Positions 25,201 to 39,023 are shown, numbered from the stretch's first letter. The stretch is 64,000 nt of DNA from Azolla caroliniana (GCA_043228905.1 JBHGNT010000002.1:19530001-19594000), one strand, 5' to 3'. Made by a program: numbers and translations. The notes: generated by a model from the sequence alone, not told the origin.

Positions 25201-28200
25201 GAGGTCTTGTATTTTAGAAGAAAATATAACTGTGGATAAAAATGTTTCTGTACCCATGGTAACCTTAGATTTAAGTATAATTTTTTTTATTTCGTGGTGC
25301 ATTGCTCTTAATAGGCCATATTAGACACTCCAATAATAGGGGATGCTTCATTGTATGTCCACAATTTTAGCCCAAAACTCACAACTTCTAAAAGAACTAT
25401 CTTTCATATAATTGTCTCATTGGAATACTTCTAAGTAAAATTTGTGGGTTTAAGATTCAGGGTTCATAATGCAAAATTAGTCTCAGAAAAGTTCAATTGG
25501 CACATACCTGGCTTAGACAGTATTTTTTCCAAGTATTAACTGAGGATTATTTGTCATCAATCGATTATCATTCTGGGTGAATCTTTATTAAAATTATTTT
25601 CATCATTCCAGGGTATATTTCGTAAATCTAAAGAGTGCAAAGAGAGGCATAGATTCCTAACAGAAAGACTAGGAGGTGATGATGATGATAGCCCTGATGA
25701 TCCTAGTTCCTCAAGTCATCTTCCACTGTCATTGGCACAAAAGGTTACATAAACTTCTGAGTTTATTTGTTTTTTACTACAGATCTGATTTGTTTTCATT
25801 GGAGCATTCATATGCATCTCTAATGATTTTCCTTTATTTCCCTTCTTCTGCAGGGAGGTACCAGAATCCTGCCTCAGCATTTGGAGGAGACCTTGAAAAA
25901 TCACATTGACTGCATTTTGCAGTTACATCAACAAATTCGAAGCAAAAGATCACAGGTTTCTATTGGGCATTATTGACGGTAAACTAAAGTGCTACTTTTA
26001 TTTGTTTACTCTCTTGTGATCCATCATGCAGAATGAGTCTCAAGAAAGAAAGCAACTTGTGCCTGAGCATGAATCACATGCATCGAAACATGCTGGTTTT
26101 CCTGCGATTGCGTTAACGTAATTAACGAAACTCCTTTCCTTTATGTCAAATCTAAATTGAAAGGGAAAGTTTGACAATGAGGAACTTGCATGTGACCCAC
26201 ACATGGAAATACCTTCAAAGTTTATAGACAATGAATATTATAATTTTGAATCTATTCTAACATAGCATTTATTCCATGAAGGCCTCTAGAATTATGTGAT
26301 CAAGCGACAGAATCCAGTTCCCATCCATATTCACATCAATATGCACATGGAAATGGATTAGGAATTTCAAACATGTTGCCTTCAGGATCAGGGATGCGCT
26401 CAAATTCTTGTGTGATGTCATCCTTGCAAATAGGAAACAACTTGCAATTAAGTTCTTCTATGGCTCCATCTACACTAAATGTTGCTGCAGCTCGGTAATT
26501 TCGTATGCATGATTTTTTGTTCTCTAACACTGCTTTTTAGGCAATGTTTCCAGTTTCTAACGTTTTGATTTGTGATTTGAGCAGTGATGCACTGAGAATA
26601 GGGGCTTCAGTGCGACTATTTACAGCAGAAGAACAGCGCTCTCGTTACAATAGATTAGTTGTAGGTAGAAGTATGCAGACTCAGGGTTTATCTACTACAG
26701 CAGGATTGCCTCCAATGAGTTTGCCAAATTCAGGAGATTCTGATGTTCCTTCAGGCAGTAGCGCAGGGTTAGGTAGAGGAATAGGTCTGATTGGTGAGCA
26801 GAACGTTTCCGCAGGCATGAATAATGTGTTACCGTCTATGGGAACAGGTTTATCAGGAGCAAATTCTGTATCTTCTCCTTTGAAGATGATGAGAAGACCA
26901 AGAGATGCTATGTCAATGGTAATAATTTGCAATGCTTGTAAAAACGTTCTCTGTTTATTGACAATATTATTCAAAAGAACATGCCATTATAACGCTTCAT
27001 TTATGATGTTTCAGGGCTCAATGCAGTCAGCAGCCTTAAATAGTCCTAACAGCAGTGCAGTCTCGTCGCCAATTCAGAGTCTAAGTGCTCAAGCTTCACA
27101 GCATCAGCAACATAATATTCTACAAGCCCAGGAACACAGCCCCGGTTCAAGTCAACAGCAGACTTCGAGTGTTATGCATGTTGCAAAGGAATGCCAGCAA
27201 TTGCAACAGCAAGATTTACAAATGAGTATGCAACTAAGTCCGAAAAATAACACTTCATCCCAGTGTCTGTTCCCATCATCTGAAACGTTTCCTGCATCTC
27301 ATGTTCTCTCTCACAATAACATGTTTCCTCAGCAATCTCACCTGCTAATACAACCACATACTTCAGGACAAGAGTCTGGGAGTCAGCAACATACAGTAGC
27401 TCTGAAAGGAATGGATAGAGGAGGTTCAATTCAAGGGCAACCAACTTTGCTACCTAGTCAGCTATCTGCCCACACACAGATAGTTGAAGAACAGTGCATC
27501 ATTCAATCTCAAGGGATAGTTTTACCTCAAATGGCTGGTCAAAATTTGGCAGCACTGTCTGAGGCACCGGATGCAATAGGTCAACAATATCAAACCTATC
27601 AACAAAAAGGTTTCCCAGTTTCGGGAAAACAAATATCTCCACAGCAATCTAATTCCTTGCAGCCATCATCTCCAGCTCAAGCAATAACTGCATCGTTATC
27701 ACAACAAACAACTATCATGGTTGATTCATTACCATCAAATCAACAACAGCAACGTCGCCCCAATCAATTGTCACAGACCCAACACCGAAGACCTCAACAT
27801 GGACATGCAAGTGCTAGTACTGTAACTCAATCTGCAACCAAGAATGTAATACAGCAGAGAGCTGTGCCGTCTCAATTGTCAGGTGTTCAGTTTAGTAATA
27901 ATACGAGTGGTCCCTTGGGGATGGCTTCAACTTTGGGTACTAGCATACCTTTGGCATCCACCAGTAGTGGTGGTAGTGGGAGTATCTCATCTTCTCCCCA
28001 ATGGAAATCTGGGCAAAGTTTCTCACCAATGGCGGGACTATATAACTTGAGTCGTGGAAACAATGGAGCACCACAGTCTCTGCATCTTCCAATTCCAATG
28101 GGTATGCAAACACCATCCAATTGTAGTGTAGGCGTATCTACTACTAGCTTAATGTCTCATGAAGGCAGGATTGGTGTACAATCGCCTACCATACAACATG

Positions 28201-28391
28201 CTATTGGACATGTGGGTGCTTTGTCTCAGAAGCCATTGGTTAATGCCACTCAAAATCGAAGGTCCACACCTTCATCTCAGCTGATAACACCTTCGAGACT
28301 ACCACAGCAACAAATTAGCTGTCTGGCAAACAGCCCAGGAGGTTCACAAGTTAGACCTTCGTCTTCTGGTGCTACACCAGGTCCAGAGTAA
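16244..28391 (+). CDS. EAF1: Chromatin modification-related protein EAF1 (NuA4/TIP60 scaffold; HSA + SANT/Myb domains, Gln/Ser-rich C-terminus), ~1794 aa, 21 coding exons
   Basis: Phase-consistent GT-AG exons: 16244-16332, 16404-16458, 16541-16635, 16735-18166, 18261-18380, 20490-20735, 20850-21041, 21118-21192, 21274-21367, 21450-21853, 22146-22190, 22277-22340, 22452-22546, 22621-22674, 22741-22821, 25612-25743, 25854-25955, 26032-26117, 26282-26494, 26585-26918, 27015-28391 (5385 nt total). Diagnostic motifs: AIEEAQAELRQE..ERRRELEFLEKGGDPLEFK; HSA HWDFVLEEMAWLANDFMQERLWK; YAVRFL..QAEAPPTPDR; IPTKRMRT; SANT PWSPIEDQAILGLVYELGANWELVSD..FRKSKECKERH; LTPLELCD. Confidence 0.93.
19300..19800 (-). 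pseudogene. Highly degenerate LINE (L1-like) fragment in an EAF1 intron
   Basis: Minus-strand DISCLKPEDTSHH resembles the CxxC...EDxxH RT zinc finger. Support is weak. Confidence 0.3.
20051..20426. mobile_element. AT-rich MITE-like insertion in an EAF1 intron
   Basis: Imperfect inverted termini (CATAGTTGTTATAAAA / TTCTATAACAATGG) and many internal GTATTCT/GTATT repeats. No clear TSD. Confidence 0.45.
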
Positions 28392-29849
28392 GGTGCGTTC
28401 TTCTGTATTTTTTGTATATCTAAGTTAGCCCTGTTTTGTTAATTTAGATATGTCCATATGTTTAAACACACATTTATGCGTATATATACATAGACAGACA
28501 GACAGACAAATATATGTATTAGACATTACATTAGACATTACATTACACAGATACGTTTATATCTAAAATCATGTGTTATTTAGACATTTTAAACATGCTT
28601 ACTGATTTCATGGTTTGTGTGGTTTTGCAGTTTGTGATCTGTGGAATTTTCATGACATTTTCCTTGATCAAGGTCCTTGTGATAAGTGCCATGCCAGGGA
28701 TAGTACTGACTGTTTATTCTGGCTCAAGGAAAATATGGTTGTTGAACAGCAATGTCCACCGAATCCATCCTTTGCTTTCAACGTTGGCAGATTTTCCACA
28801 CCAAGCTGTGGAATCATTGTATCTCATTCTTTGTATTTGTCCTGTAATTTTAGCCCAGGTTACCTGGATTGTATGCTGATACCTGCAAAGCTTAGTTTTT
28901 GTGCTCTTAGCATCCCCCTTCTGACATCAAACCTTAGGTTGTATGGCTCCATCATAAAAGGCTCAAGGATCTCATTGGGCTGTCCTCATGTTGTAATAAA
29001 TGGAGAGGCTGATGCCATATGGAAAATTCCTTTATGTTGGAACTGTACCATACTCCAGTTTCAGTGTACATAATTGGGTTTCTAACATGCGTACTGACTT
29101 TGGATTCTTTTGGTTGTCTTAGTGGTCTGTCTTAGTGGTCTAATCTCGTATGATACTTGTGGATGGTATTCATTATTTTAAAGATGGATAAGAAATTTTG
29201 CTACCAACTAACCAAGTCAACTTTGTTAAACAATTCTCCCTGTTGTTGGCCTGTGTAAAATTCACGATTATCTTTAATGCCAAATCAATCAGCAGAACTT
29301 GATGTCATCTAGCAACCCAAATTGTTAAAAAATCCTGATGAAATGAAAAACACTTTGTAAACACTCTACATCAAACCTATAAAAGAATATTATGATTTAA
29401 GGATGGATCTTCATGTGCACTCTAATTGCATGAAGCTAATCAATGGTATTTACAGTTTATAGCAATGATGTTGTGTAAGTATTATTGCAATAGCTTATTA
29501 ACCCAAAATTTAGTGGGGAATTGAATGGAATGTTGATATTAAGTCAAGTTGATTTTGTTGTCTTTTGGTGTAAGACACCTTATGTTTTCTTGAGGAATTT
29601 GTGGTGACATATTGTTGTATTGGCCTAACAAGTGAGTCATTGTTTGCATTTGCTTATCATAGGAACAATACCCAATATGCTCCCCTAAAGAAGTAAATAT
29701 GTGGAACCTATGGACGTGCTCTTTCTATGTATGCAGGAATTGCATGTCACTTGCCACTTGTTAGAACCTTGTCACGAGTGGAAGCAATATATATTTTTTA
29801 CAATTATTAAATCCAATTCAAATGAGATTTGACCAAAAGGACAATGTTT

Positions 29850-30400
29850 ATTGTTCTATCACATCCAAGGGGAAACTCGAGTTGATCCCTTTAATTGGTT
29901 CATCGTTTGTTTTCGCTTGTTTGACTCTATGTTATACCCACTTGAGGAGCGAAGGTGTTTTGTGCGCTTTGGCACCTCTTCTTCTCATTAACATCCTTCC
30001 TTTAAACTCCTTCAAAAATTAAACCATACATTCTGATTTACTGATGATAAAAGTTGATACGTTCTCTTGGTCCACATGTGAATGGTGAAACATAATCCTT
30101 TTGCCATAGCCCCTCATCAAACATTGTGTCCTCTTTGTTGAGTGTCCATATAGCAATGCGTCGCATCAACATCTAACAAATACTCGGAGGGGTAGTACAT
30201 GCATTGCTTATGTACTAGCCAACCCTCTTTCATTGATCCCTCTAGTTGTGATCTCTGACAAACAAACCTCTTGATCAACACGCACATGAATTGCTCTACC
30301 CAAAGCATCCAACAAGTGCTCACTACACTAGTAAGGAAGTGAATCAAAAGATGCAATTGAATATAAAAATAATATTGGGAGTTCTTTTTCCATTAGACAC
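29850..30400 (-). pseudogene. CACTA/En-Spm transposase remnant (DUF4218-like region)
   Basis: WMLWVEQFMCVLIKRFVCQRSQLEGSMKEGWLVHKQCMYYPSEYL resembles the CACTA motif WMYPxERFMxxLKxxVxNRxxPEGSIxEGYLxxExxxFCSxYL. Confidence 0.7.
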
Positions 30401-30401
30401 A

Positions 30402-33400
30402 TGTTGGCATAAAAGGCCAACTCCTTCCACTTTGTATCCTAGTGTGTGAAAACGTCCAAATAGTTAGGGCTTAGTATACAAGCAATTTAACCTATCGTTG
30501 TAACAATGTCTTCTCATATCTTGAGTCTTGCAGAGAGAGAGAGTTGTAGAAATAACAAAGCTTCCATTAAAGCTTAAGTGCGCGTCCATCTTCTGTTCAT
30601 CTTCTTGCTCTCATTCTTTTTGTGTTGTTTGCTAAGCATAGCTCAACAAGTCCTCATACATATTTCCGCACATATTCAAACACCATAACCCACAAGTGGT
30701 ATCAGAGCGACATGTTGTTCAACAATGACGAATAGCAGAAAAGAGGAGAAGCTATCCGGCTGAAAGAAAAGAGCAGGTTAGTTAAATCTTACTTCCTATA
30801 GAACATGGCTTCAACATCCGGAAATTGAGTTGAAATCCGAAAGTTCGATGGCAAAATTTTTGCCTTGTGGAAGGAGATGATGTAGGATGTGTTGATCATC
30901 AGAAGACAAGTTGAAGCCATTTGACATAGCAAAAAACCTGCTACGATGTCAGTTGAAGAGTGGAGATCCATAGACGAAATCGTGCACGCCACAATCCGAA
31001 TGCATCTGGCTGAAAACATCTACTTCAGCATGGTCAAGGAGATGAGAACATTCTTATTATGGGAGAAGTTGCATGCTGTGTACGAAAAGAAGTCCTCATC
31101 TTTGAAATTGATATTGATCATACAACTATTCAACATGAAGATGAGAGAGTTGTACCCAGCCACCTCCCACATCAACACCTTCAGCCGGGTGTTGTCTGAA
31201 CTCTCCTCCCAAGGGATTAACTTCTAAGAAGAAGTGGAAGCCCTTGCCCTCCTATCGAGCTTTCCGGTGAGTTGGGAGGTATTTTGCACGGCATTCGCCT
31301 ATAACAGTCCTAGGCTGAATCTGGATGAAACAATCGGCCAAATCCTAATTAAGGATATTCGGTGAAAATTGATGGGACTCACCATCGATGAGTCAGCATA
31401 AGCCCACCATTCGATTGAGAGAACAAACCGACAGAACCAGTTGAAATCATAGTCGATCAAAAACGAAGGGGGGGACCGACAACGGTCGAAGTCAAGAATG
31501 AGTCATTCAGGTGAATTCTGCACCCACTGTAGAAAAGCCAGCCACGATGTTTCCGATTGTTCGTCAATCAAGAGGAAAGAGAGTGGTCGGCGATCTGAGC
31601 GGAATTGAGGACAATCCGACTCGAATCACTCTCCGATTGGCAAGCAGGTCAATGTTGTTGACACCTGATCGGGAGAAATCCTCTCCATAGAGGATTCAAT
31701 GATTGAAGAAGTCCTCTACAATGCGGAAGACACAAATATGTGGTTATAGGACTCCGGTGCCACATTCAACATAACTCCAAACATCGAATGGTTTTCGAAC
31801 TATTCAGCTGAAGCTAGTGACACAATTTGACTAGGCATTGGCTAGGAGTGCATAATTGCAGGAATTGGTGAAGTACCAATCCAACTGTCAAATGGCAATG
31901 TGATCACCTTGCACCAAGTTCGGCATGTACCCGCACTGAAAAGGAGTCTGTCTCCATCGGCATGTTAGCCGAAGATGGGTACAGAACGACTCTAACCGAC
32001 TCGACATGGATGATCGGATGTGGAAACTTGAAAATAGGAAGTAGACACAAGTACAACAACTTGTATCCAATCATGACAATCAATCCAGAAGGGGTCGTGA
32101 ACGTAGCCGAAAAGACCGACCCACCCAAACCTATGGCATGTACGACTCAACCATATGTCTCAAGCAGGCCTGGATCGGCTGATGGCGGTGGGCTACATTC
32201 CAAAACTCCAAGCAAAGAAGAAATTTTGCGAGCATTGTCGATATGGGAAACATACCCGAAGTCCTCACAATCTCCACTATGAGACGGTACGACAACCTCG
32301 AGATATCATTCACACAGATATATGTGGGCCTATGCCTAAGCAATCACTAGGTGGTTCCCGGTACTTCATCACTTTTGTAGATGACTATACACGAAAGGTC
32401 TGGGCCTACTCGATTAGGTCCAAAGACGAAGCGCTCGAGGTCTTTACGTAGTAGATAGCTGAAGTGGAGAACCGGTTGGGACACAGAGTGAAGACACTCC
32501 AATTCGACAATGGAGGAGAATACACCTCTCGAGCTTTCTAACAGTACCTATTCGACAAAGGGATCGGACACCAAAAGACCTTTCCTTACACACCCATGCA
32601 GAATGAAGTGGCTAAACGGATCAATAGAACGATCCAGGAGAGGGTAATGGCAATGCTCTAACAAGTAGGACTAAAGTTGGAATTCTGGACCGAAGCATTG
32701 TAGACGGCACCATATCTGATCAATCTATCGCCATTGAAAGCAATAAGGCTCGAAGTGCCATAGGCACTATGGTAAGGAAAACAACTGACTTATGATAGAC
32801 TTCATATATTCAGATGTGAAGCCTACACCTTCATCCCTAGGGAGAAGCGGACTAAGTTGGAACCCCATGCAACGAAATGCATATTTCTCGGTTATGGAAC
32901 CGATGGGGAATTCAGCTATAGGCTATGGGACCCAAAGAACCGAAAATTGATCTGAAGTAGTGACGTAGTCGTAAATGAAGACTCTATTCTCTCAGTCTAG
33001 AGGAACCAACAGAAAATAGGTGGTAAAATGGTCTCCTTTGAAGACGATAGAGACAAAGTAGAAAGACCAACTTGCCGGGCCGAATCAGAGATTCGACAAA
33101 CAGTTGAACTCAACCAAGCTGACAATACACCTGCCGACTCCGAATCGGTAGGAGGTCCACTAGTCGAACTCGAAGACAAGAGTCGAAAAAGGAAAAGTCG
33201 ACAAGGTCCGAGTCGGAAACGACAGAGTCGAAAGAGATAGCATCGAACCGACCGAAAAATCCAAGGCCAAAGGGACAAACAGACTCAAGTTGGCTAAGTC
33301 CCCTACCTCCATGTCAATCAATTCCGAAAATAGGGAAGATGATTCAAAGATGCCGAAATCTTATCGAAGGGGTGAATCATTCTAAAGGACTCTTGAAGAT

Positions 33401-33881
33401 GGTTCAAGCAATATCGATCAGCCACTCGAGCAGACTAAAGAATTTGAACCGACAAAATCAGCACTCACGAGATCCGAATGAGTTCGAGGCCAACAAAGTT
33501 CTATCAATTGGGCCTCGACTACGTCAACTACATCGACACAGGCGAACCAAGCACATACGAAGAAGCTATAGCCGCACCGGACGCCGATAGATGGATGCAA
33601 GCCATGAGATCCGAGATGGATTCGATCTATCAGAAGAATACATGGGTGTTGGTCGAACTGCCAGCAAGAAGGAAGCCACTACCTTGCAAATGGGTATTCT
33701 GATACAAATATTTATCTAATTCAGAGAAGCCCAAATACAAAGCTCGGCTTGTCGCGAAGGGGTTCAAACAAGAACATGGGGTCGACTACGACGCAATATT
33801 CCCACCAGTCGTCAAGATGAACACCCTTCGACTCCTAGGGGTCGTGTCCACAGAAGACCTAGAGCTCGAGTAGATGGGCGT
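30402..33881 (+). mobile_element. Degenerate Ty1/Copia element (5' LTR 30402-30694, PBS-Met, gag-PR-INT-RT start), truncated in RT
   Basis: PBS TGGTATCAGAGC at 30697-30708. gag KFDGK.FALWK, knuckle CTHCRKASHDVSDC, protease W.DSGAT, integrase HTDICGPM..SLGGSRYFITFVDDYTRKVW, and [42 protein letters not shown]. Many stop codons. Confidence 0.9.
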
Positions 33882-34500
33882 TGTCACAGTATTTTGCGTG
33901 CACGTGTCAGCTTGGGCGGGACCACGGGGGTCTTGAACCGGACAAAGATGGGGAAGGAAAGACTGAGCTTCGCTAGTACTGGTTACCACCGACTCAGACA
34001 CCGGCCAGAGCGTTGTCGTGAAGGATTTGCTTCACGATATAAAAATAAACTTGAATATTGTATTAAGTAACATTTGAGAGACTTGAACCAGTAACCTCAC
34101 ACACCAAGGACGAACCATATACCATTAGGATAAGTTATTTTCTATAATTATATTTTTATCACCATACTTATGACATGTGTATCTTCATACATTAAAGCTT
34201 AGATGAGCATGATAGCTATCATGCATCACATGTAAAGCATGTGCGCCAAATGGCGATCATGCATCACATGCATTACATGCATGCCATGCACACCCATATC
34301 ATCATATGCATGAGAGAACCTATAAAGAGAGGCAAGGAATTAAGGGATGGGAAAAGGGAAAACAAGGTAATCAATCAATGAAGAGAAAGTTAGAAAAATA
34401 AGATAATGAAAAAAACAAATAATAAGTTAGCTTGTTGGTGAAGAGGCTCGTGTTTCCAAGTTGGAGTCAAGGGTTCGAATCAAGAATCGGTAGACAAAGG
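33882..34500. mobile_element. LTR-like fragment inserted into the Copia RT
   Basis: A TGTCAC terminus abruptly interrupts the RT at the QMDV motif. The sequence is non-coding and contains a tRNA-like A/B-box module at 34428-34481. Confidence 0.45.
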
Positions 34501-35724
34501 GTTCATCTTACTATCAAGCATTGTAAAGTTGGTAAGTGGGAAAGTATATCCATGGATTTTATTGTTAGCCTTCCTCGGGCCATGCTGCCATCTGGGTTGT
34601 GGTTGATCGACTATAACTAAAATGGCCAGATTTATTGCTACTAAAACCATGGTAACAGCTCCTGAATTGGCTTACCAATTCGTTGACGAGTTATTTTGTT
34701 TTTATGGGTTACCTATGGATATCGTGAGTGATTGAGATCCAAACTTTACTAGTGACTTCTGGACGCAAGTTTTTAAGAAGTCTTTCATGTGAGCCGTCTA
34801 AAAGAACTTCTAGGTTCTGGCGACAATACACTTACAACTGAAACTCTGGTTACTTCTGAAGAATTATCTTCTAAACCACATGTACCAGAAAGAATTCTCG
34901 ATGTTAAAACAAAAAAATTACGTACTAAAGAAATCCGAGAATTTAAAATAAAATGGATGGATAAATCAATAAAAGATGCCACATGGGAACGCGAAAATAC
35001 TCTCAGAACTAACTTCCCTAACTTTCCATTGCAAGAGTGCAATGTTTTAAAGAGGGGGAGTATGTTACGGGCATGACCATATAATATCCCGTGGTGAGAA
35101 TTTACCGTAGTATTCTATACACGTGATAAGTGTGAGGGTTAAACGAGAGGGTAAAGAAGGGGAGGATTACTTTTAAATCCTCGGGATTGAGACAACCCAT
35201 TAGGCCAAGCGTGAACATGGCTAGGGGCCTTGGGTATCTCTATAAATAGAGGCCTAGCTACCCTCATTTCATTATCTTGTTGACTACGTTGAGACTCTGT
35301 CTTGTGGTGGGTCAACTCTTGTAGCGAGCGTGCCAGCACCAGGTACGACTCGACGCCACGGCGGTGGTATGGGACGCCGATCGAGGCTCAAGTCCGTCTC
35401 GATCCCTTCGCTCGGGGGTGGTCGGGTGGATCGGCACCCTTCTTTCTCTCTCTCCTTTCTTTCTATCTACCTAGATCTATCCTTATCTAATGCTTACTTT
35501 AGTACATGTCTCATACTTTGTCTCTATCTTGCTTCTTGAATCATACATTGTCTCTATCCTTTATCTATACTCGTCTCTCTCACACACACATTACTTTAAA
35601 CTCTTATTCTTCTTATCCTTAATCTTCCTAACATTTGTGTGCAAGCCTTATAAAAGTTCCTTCAACTCTCCTTAACCTTAGTCCCTACGACTTCACCGTA
35701 CGAACCACAACTACCCCGACAACA
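34500..35724 (+). mobile_element. Gypsy chromovirus 3' remnant F (deleted integrase, chromodomain, PPT, LTR 35063-~35724)
   Basis: KWESISMDFIVSLP, DIVSD.DPNFTSDFW, chromodomain PERILDVK..EFKIKW..DATWE, then PPT AAAGAGGGGGAG and TGTTAC at 35063. Confidence 0.8.
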
Positions 35725-36666
35725 TTTCCGGATACACAATTGATATAAACCGATTGAGAGGAAGGGAAGGTACACGAATAGAGCTCACTTGACACACTCC
35801 ACTTATGTACTAGAACCAAAAGGGAAAGAAACACTTCAACACAGAAAACTCGACAAGGACTCATCATATACATAACCGGAAAGGAACAAAATAGTATCGA
35901 CACTGACAAGACACAGGTGTTAGGAAACAAGTCCCTCCGGATGGGAAGTGAGAAGAACAGTGTTGATGAGCAACTCGGCCGAAACCGGATGTGGAGTACC
36001 CGACAATAGAAGACCCGGTAAGAACCGGATGTGAAGTACCCGAAAACGGAAGACCTGGTGAGAACCGGATGACGAGTACCCGACAACGGAAGACCCGGTG
36101 AAAACCGGATGTGGAGTACCTGGCAACGGAAGACCCGGTGAGAACCGGATAACGAGTACCCGGCAAGGAAGACCCGGTGAGAACCGGATGTGGAGTACCT
36201 GGCAACGGAAGACCCGGTGAGAACCGGATGTTGCAGGCCCGGTGATAACCTCTCATTGGATGGAAGGGACATATATGTAAATATGTTCCAGAGAGCCCAC
36301 TGGGGCTATATTTGTAAATATCCTGAAAATCATATTAGTATAAATATGACCTAGGGCAAACTTAATAGTGCGTGAGAGTTATTGGTGTAACCTCTGTACA
36401 GTGCGTAAGAGAGTGATATAGCGATATACAGAGATTGTGCCTCTGTTGTAACCGCCTGGTGGCGAAGCGAGGGAGCAAGAGGTCGTTGCCTCTGTGCCCC
36501 ACTGTTGTAATCTTGATATAGTGATATTTTGCAGTCTGAGGGCTGCCGTGGTTTTTCCCAGATTTGGGTTTTCCACGTTAATATCCTGTGCATTCTTCTT
36601 TACTGTTTAATGTTTAGATACATCTCTCCATATCCCTGTTTTCTGTGATTGATCCGACGTCTCGGT
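35725..36666 (+). mobile_element. LTR fragment with a 40-bp tandem array
   Basis: TATAAATA near 36339 and an LTR-like U5 (GTGGTTTTTCCC..GGGTTTTCCACG). Both ends abut other LTRs. Confidence 0.5.
35983..36230 (+). repeat. Tandem repeat, 40-bp unit x ~6.2
   Basis: Unit AACCGGATGTGGAGTACCCGACAACGGAAGACCCGGTGAG with scattered substitutions and no spacers. Confidence 0.95.
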
Positions 36667-39023
36667 TGTGGCCGAGCATAGCTTAGGGAGGCGTATTCCT
36701 ATCAATAGATATGCACAACCCTTCTTATATGTATTTACAGGAAAACAGAGTACATCCCCAGCTTCGAGCCGGACTAAAGTAGGCCGGGTTACAACAATTA
36801 TCTACAACCAAGCTGCCGGTTGGGGAGCTCATAGGCTCGTCGCGTCGAGCGGGGTCTTGCGTAGGAGACAGAGTAGAAACGAAACCCCTCGAACATACGA
36901 GCTCTAAACCGGACTAAACCTTAAACATCCAAAACACACTCGACATAGGGAAAATGGAACCCCAAGTACCAAAAATATGGAACTCACAAAAACGTGGAAC
37001 CCCTTCACAAGGGACCCCTCCCCCCTTTTATAGCTCAAGGAGAGAGGTATGTGACAATGTGGGACAAATATTACTCTTTTTCAAAGGAGATATCTTGCCA
37101 TGATTTCTGGGGAGGTACATTAGACACCCTCACTACGTATGCATGTACACCTCCTAACTAACTCTCGTGCGTCTCAACACCCCTTACATTTCCTTTATTC
37201 CTATTTACAATTTCCTAACGTACATGTGCACATGTTGCACATTGCCAACTTTGCCCATTCCATCCGGTTTTCTCACTGTAGCCGGAAATCTTCACGACAT
37301 CCACCCCCACCAAACCGCACACCCATCGGAATGTGCCAAGAGGAAAGAAGATAAGAGATTTCCGACGACGGTGATCAACTGGGTCGTCCGCCGATCCGAC
37401 ACCCAACCATTGTGTCGGTCACTGCTGGTCCTGAATGGTCAACTCCCAGGTTGACCTCGTTCTCGGTTGGTACCTTGTCTTCATTGTCGTCCATGTCCCC
37501 GCACTTTGAGCTCTTCCAACCTCTCCACCCGAACCACCGACTCCATCCGGTCCACCATACTCGCTGGTGCTCGTCCTCGGTCCTCCATATCTAGCTAATC
37601 CGCCAGACTTGATGCTCGTACTCACCTCTTTGCTGGTCGGTGCAGACACCCTGAACGTTGTTGTACTCCCAACTCGGCGCGCGGCCTTCGATTGAATCCT
37701 CGTTCCTCCCGAATGCATGTCAGATATCGCACCTTGTTTGCCCGTTTCAACCCGCCCGCTTCCTCGGTTCGGCACCTCCTCACGCCAAACTTCTTCTGGC
37801 TTCCCATCATCATCGTTTTCCTCTGTGCTGGACACTCGGCCCTTACGTGGCCACATTGCACGTTTCTGGTCTCTTCCTTCTTTGTGTACCCCTTTGGTAA
37901 GGCACACATCTTCCCCGACGCCCGTGTCGGTGTCCTTCGGTTCGGTGCCCTCGGTAGCCTCTGGTAACGCTGCTCCGCTCCGAGGAACACCCTCCTTGTC
38001 CCAGCGGCCCGCATGGCCTCCATCGTTCTTCGTAACACTTTGTCCAACTCCTTCGATGCCTTCGTCTCGTATGACCTTCGTCCCCTCATTGCCACCTTCC
38101 GTCTCCTCGGTCTTATGTATTTTTGCAACTATCGAAGTCTTTAGATCAGGTGTGGAGGATCCCTCTCAGGCTTTCTTTTCGTGGCCACCGACCATGCTCA
38201 ATCCCTTCTTCGCATTCATCGGTCTTCGCTTCTCGGACCCCTGATCGGGTTGGTTCGACTCCTGTCCGGCTCGGTTATCCGGAACTCGGCATTCCCGACT
38301 CTCGTCTAGCCTCTTCCCCTGTTGATCGGGGCCGACAGCCTCTTTGTTCTCTTTCCCATCGCGTGCAAGTTTTGGTCGAACAATCCATGTCCAGATCGCA
38401 CTCCATTCAAATAAGCATGCTGACTCTTGCTTCTTCATTTCGCTTTGGCATGGCCTCATCCCTTGCCTCCTCACATGCCATCTCCCATTCGTCTTCGCTG
38501 GCATCATGCCAGGTCTCCTTGTCACCACCTTCCATCTCTTCGGTCTCACGTCGGCACACAGGCTCGATTGTCGAAGTCTCCGACTCCGGTGGGGAGGGCT
38601 CGTTCCATTTGATCTTCTCTGCATCGTCGATTCTCGGTCTCCTACCACCACCCTCCATCTCTCCTGTCTCGCATCGGCTCTTTGGTCCGACTCTTGAAGT
38701 CTCCAAAATTGGTGTGAGGAGACACCTAGGACCGTCCTTCATTCCTTTGCCTCTGTAATTCCCCTCAGACCATGTCGCCTTGCCGCCACCTTCCTTCTCT
38801 CAAGTCTCACGTTGGCTCATGAGCCCGATTGCTGAAGTCTCCGGAACTGGTGTGGAGGGACATCTCTCTCCGACCTCTGACTAGTCGTCCTCCTTGGCAT
38901 TCCCGCCTCCACCCTCCATCTCTCCGGTCTCACGTCGGCACACGGGCTCGACCACTGAAGTCTCCGGAACAGGTGTTGGGAACGATTTCGTATCTTCGCC
39001 CTCCGTCGAATCTTTTAGAGACA
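36667..39023 (-). mobile_element. Element E: 3' part of a non-autonomous Gypsy related to A/B (module region, PPT, 3' LTR 36667-37299)
   Basis: The minus strand reads GGTGGGGGTGGA|TGTCGTGAAG, the same PPT/LTR start as elements A and B. It shares the WHDASEDxWExACEEA peptide and the repeated module with A. It may be the distal part of host H. Confidence 0.7.

Noticed and set aside
22950-25250. Possible decayed RTE-type LINE in the long EAF1 intron
   Set aside because: Only faint minus-strand RT-like traces, too degenerate to give boundaries or a reliable call.
28571-29073. ORFs of 102 and 152 aa downstream of EAF1
   Set aside because: They span the probable 3' UTR intron and exon and have no recognisable homology.
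35983-36230. CRISPR-like appearance of the 40-bp array (and of the ~120-bp array at 60915-61248)
   Set aside because: The units are head-to-tail with no unique spacers, there are no cas genes, and the context is eukaryotic LTR sequence.
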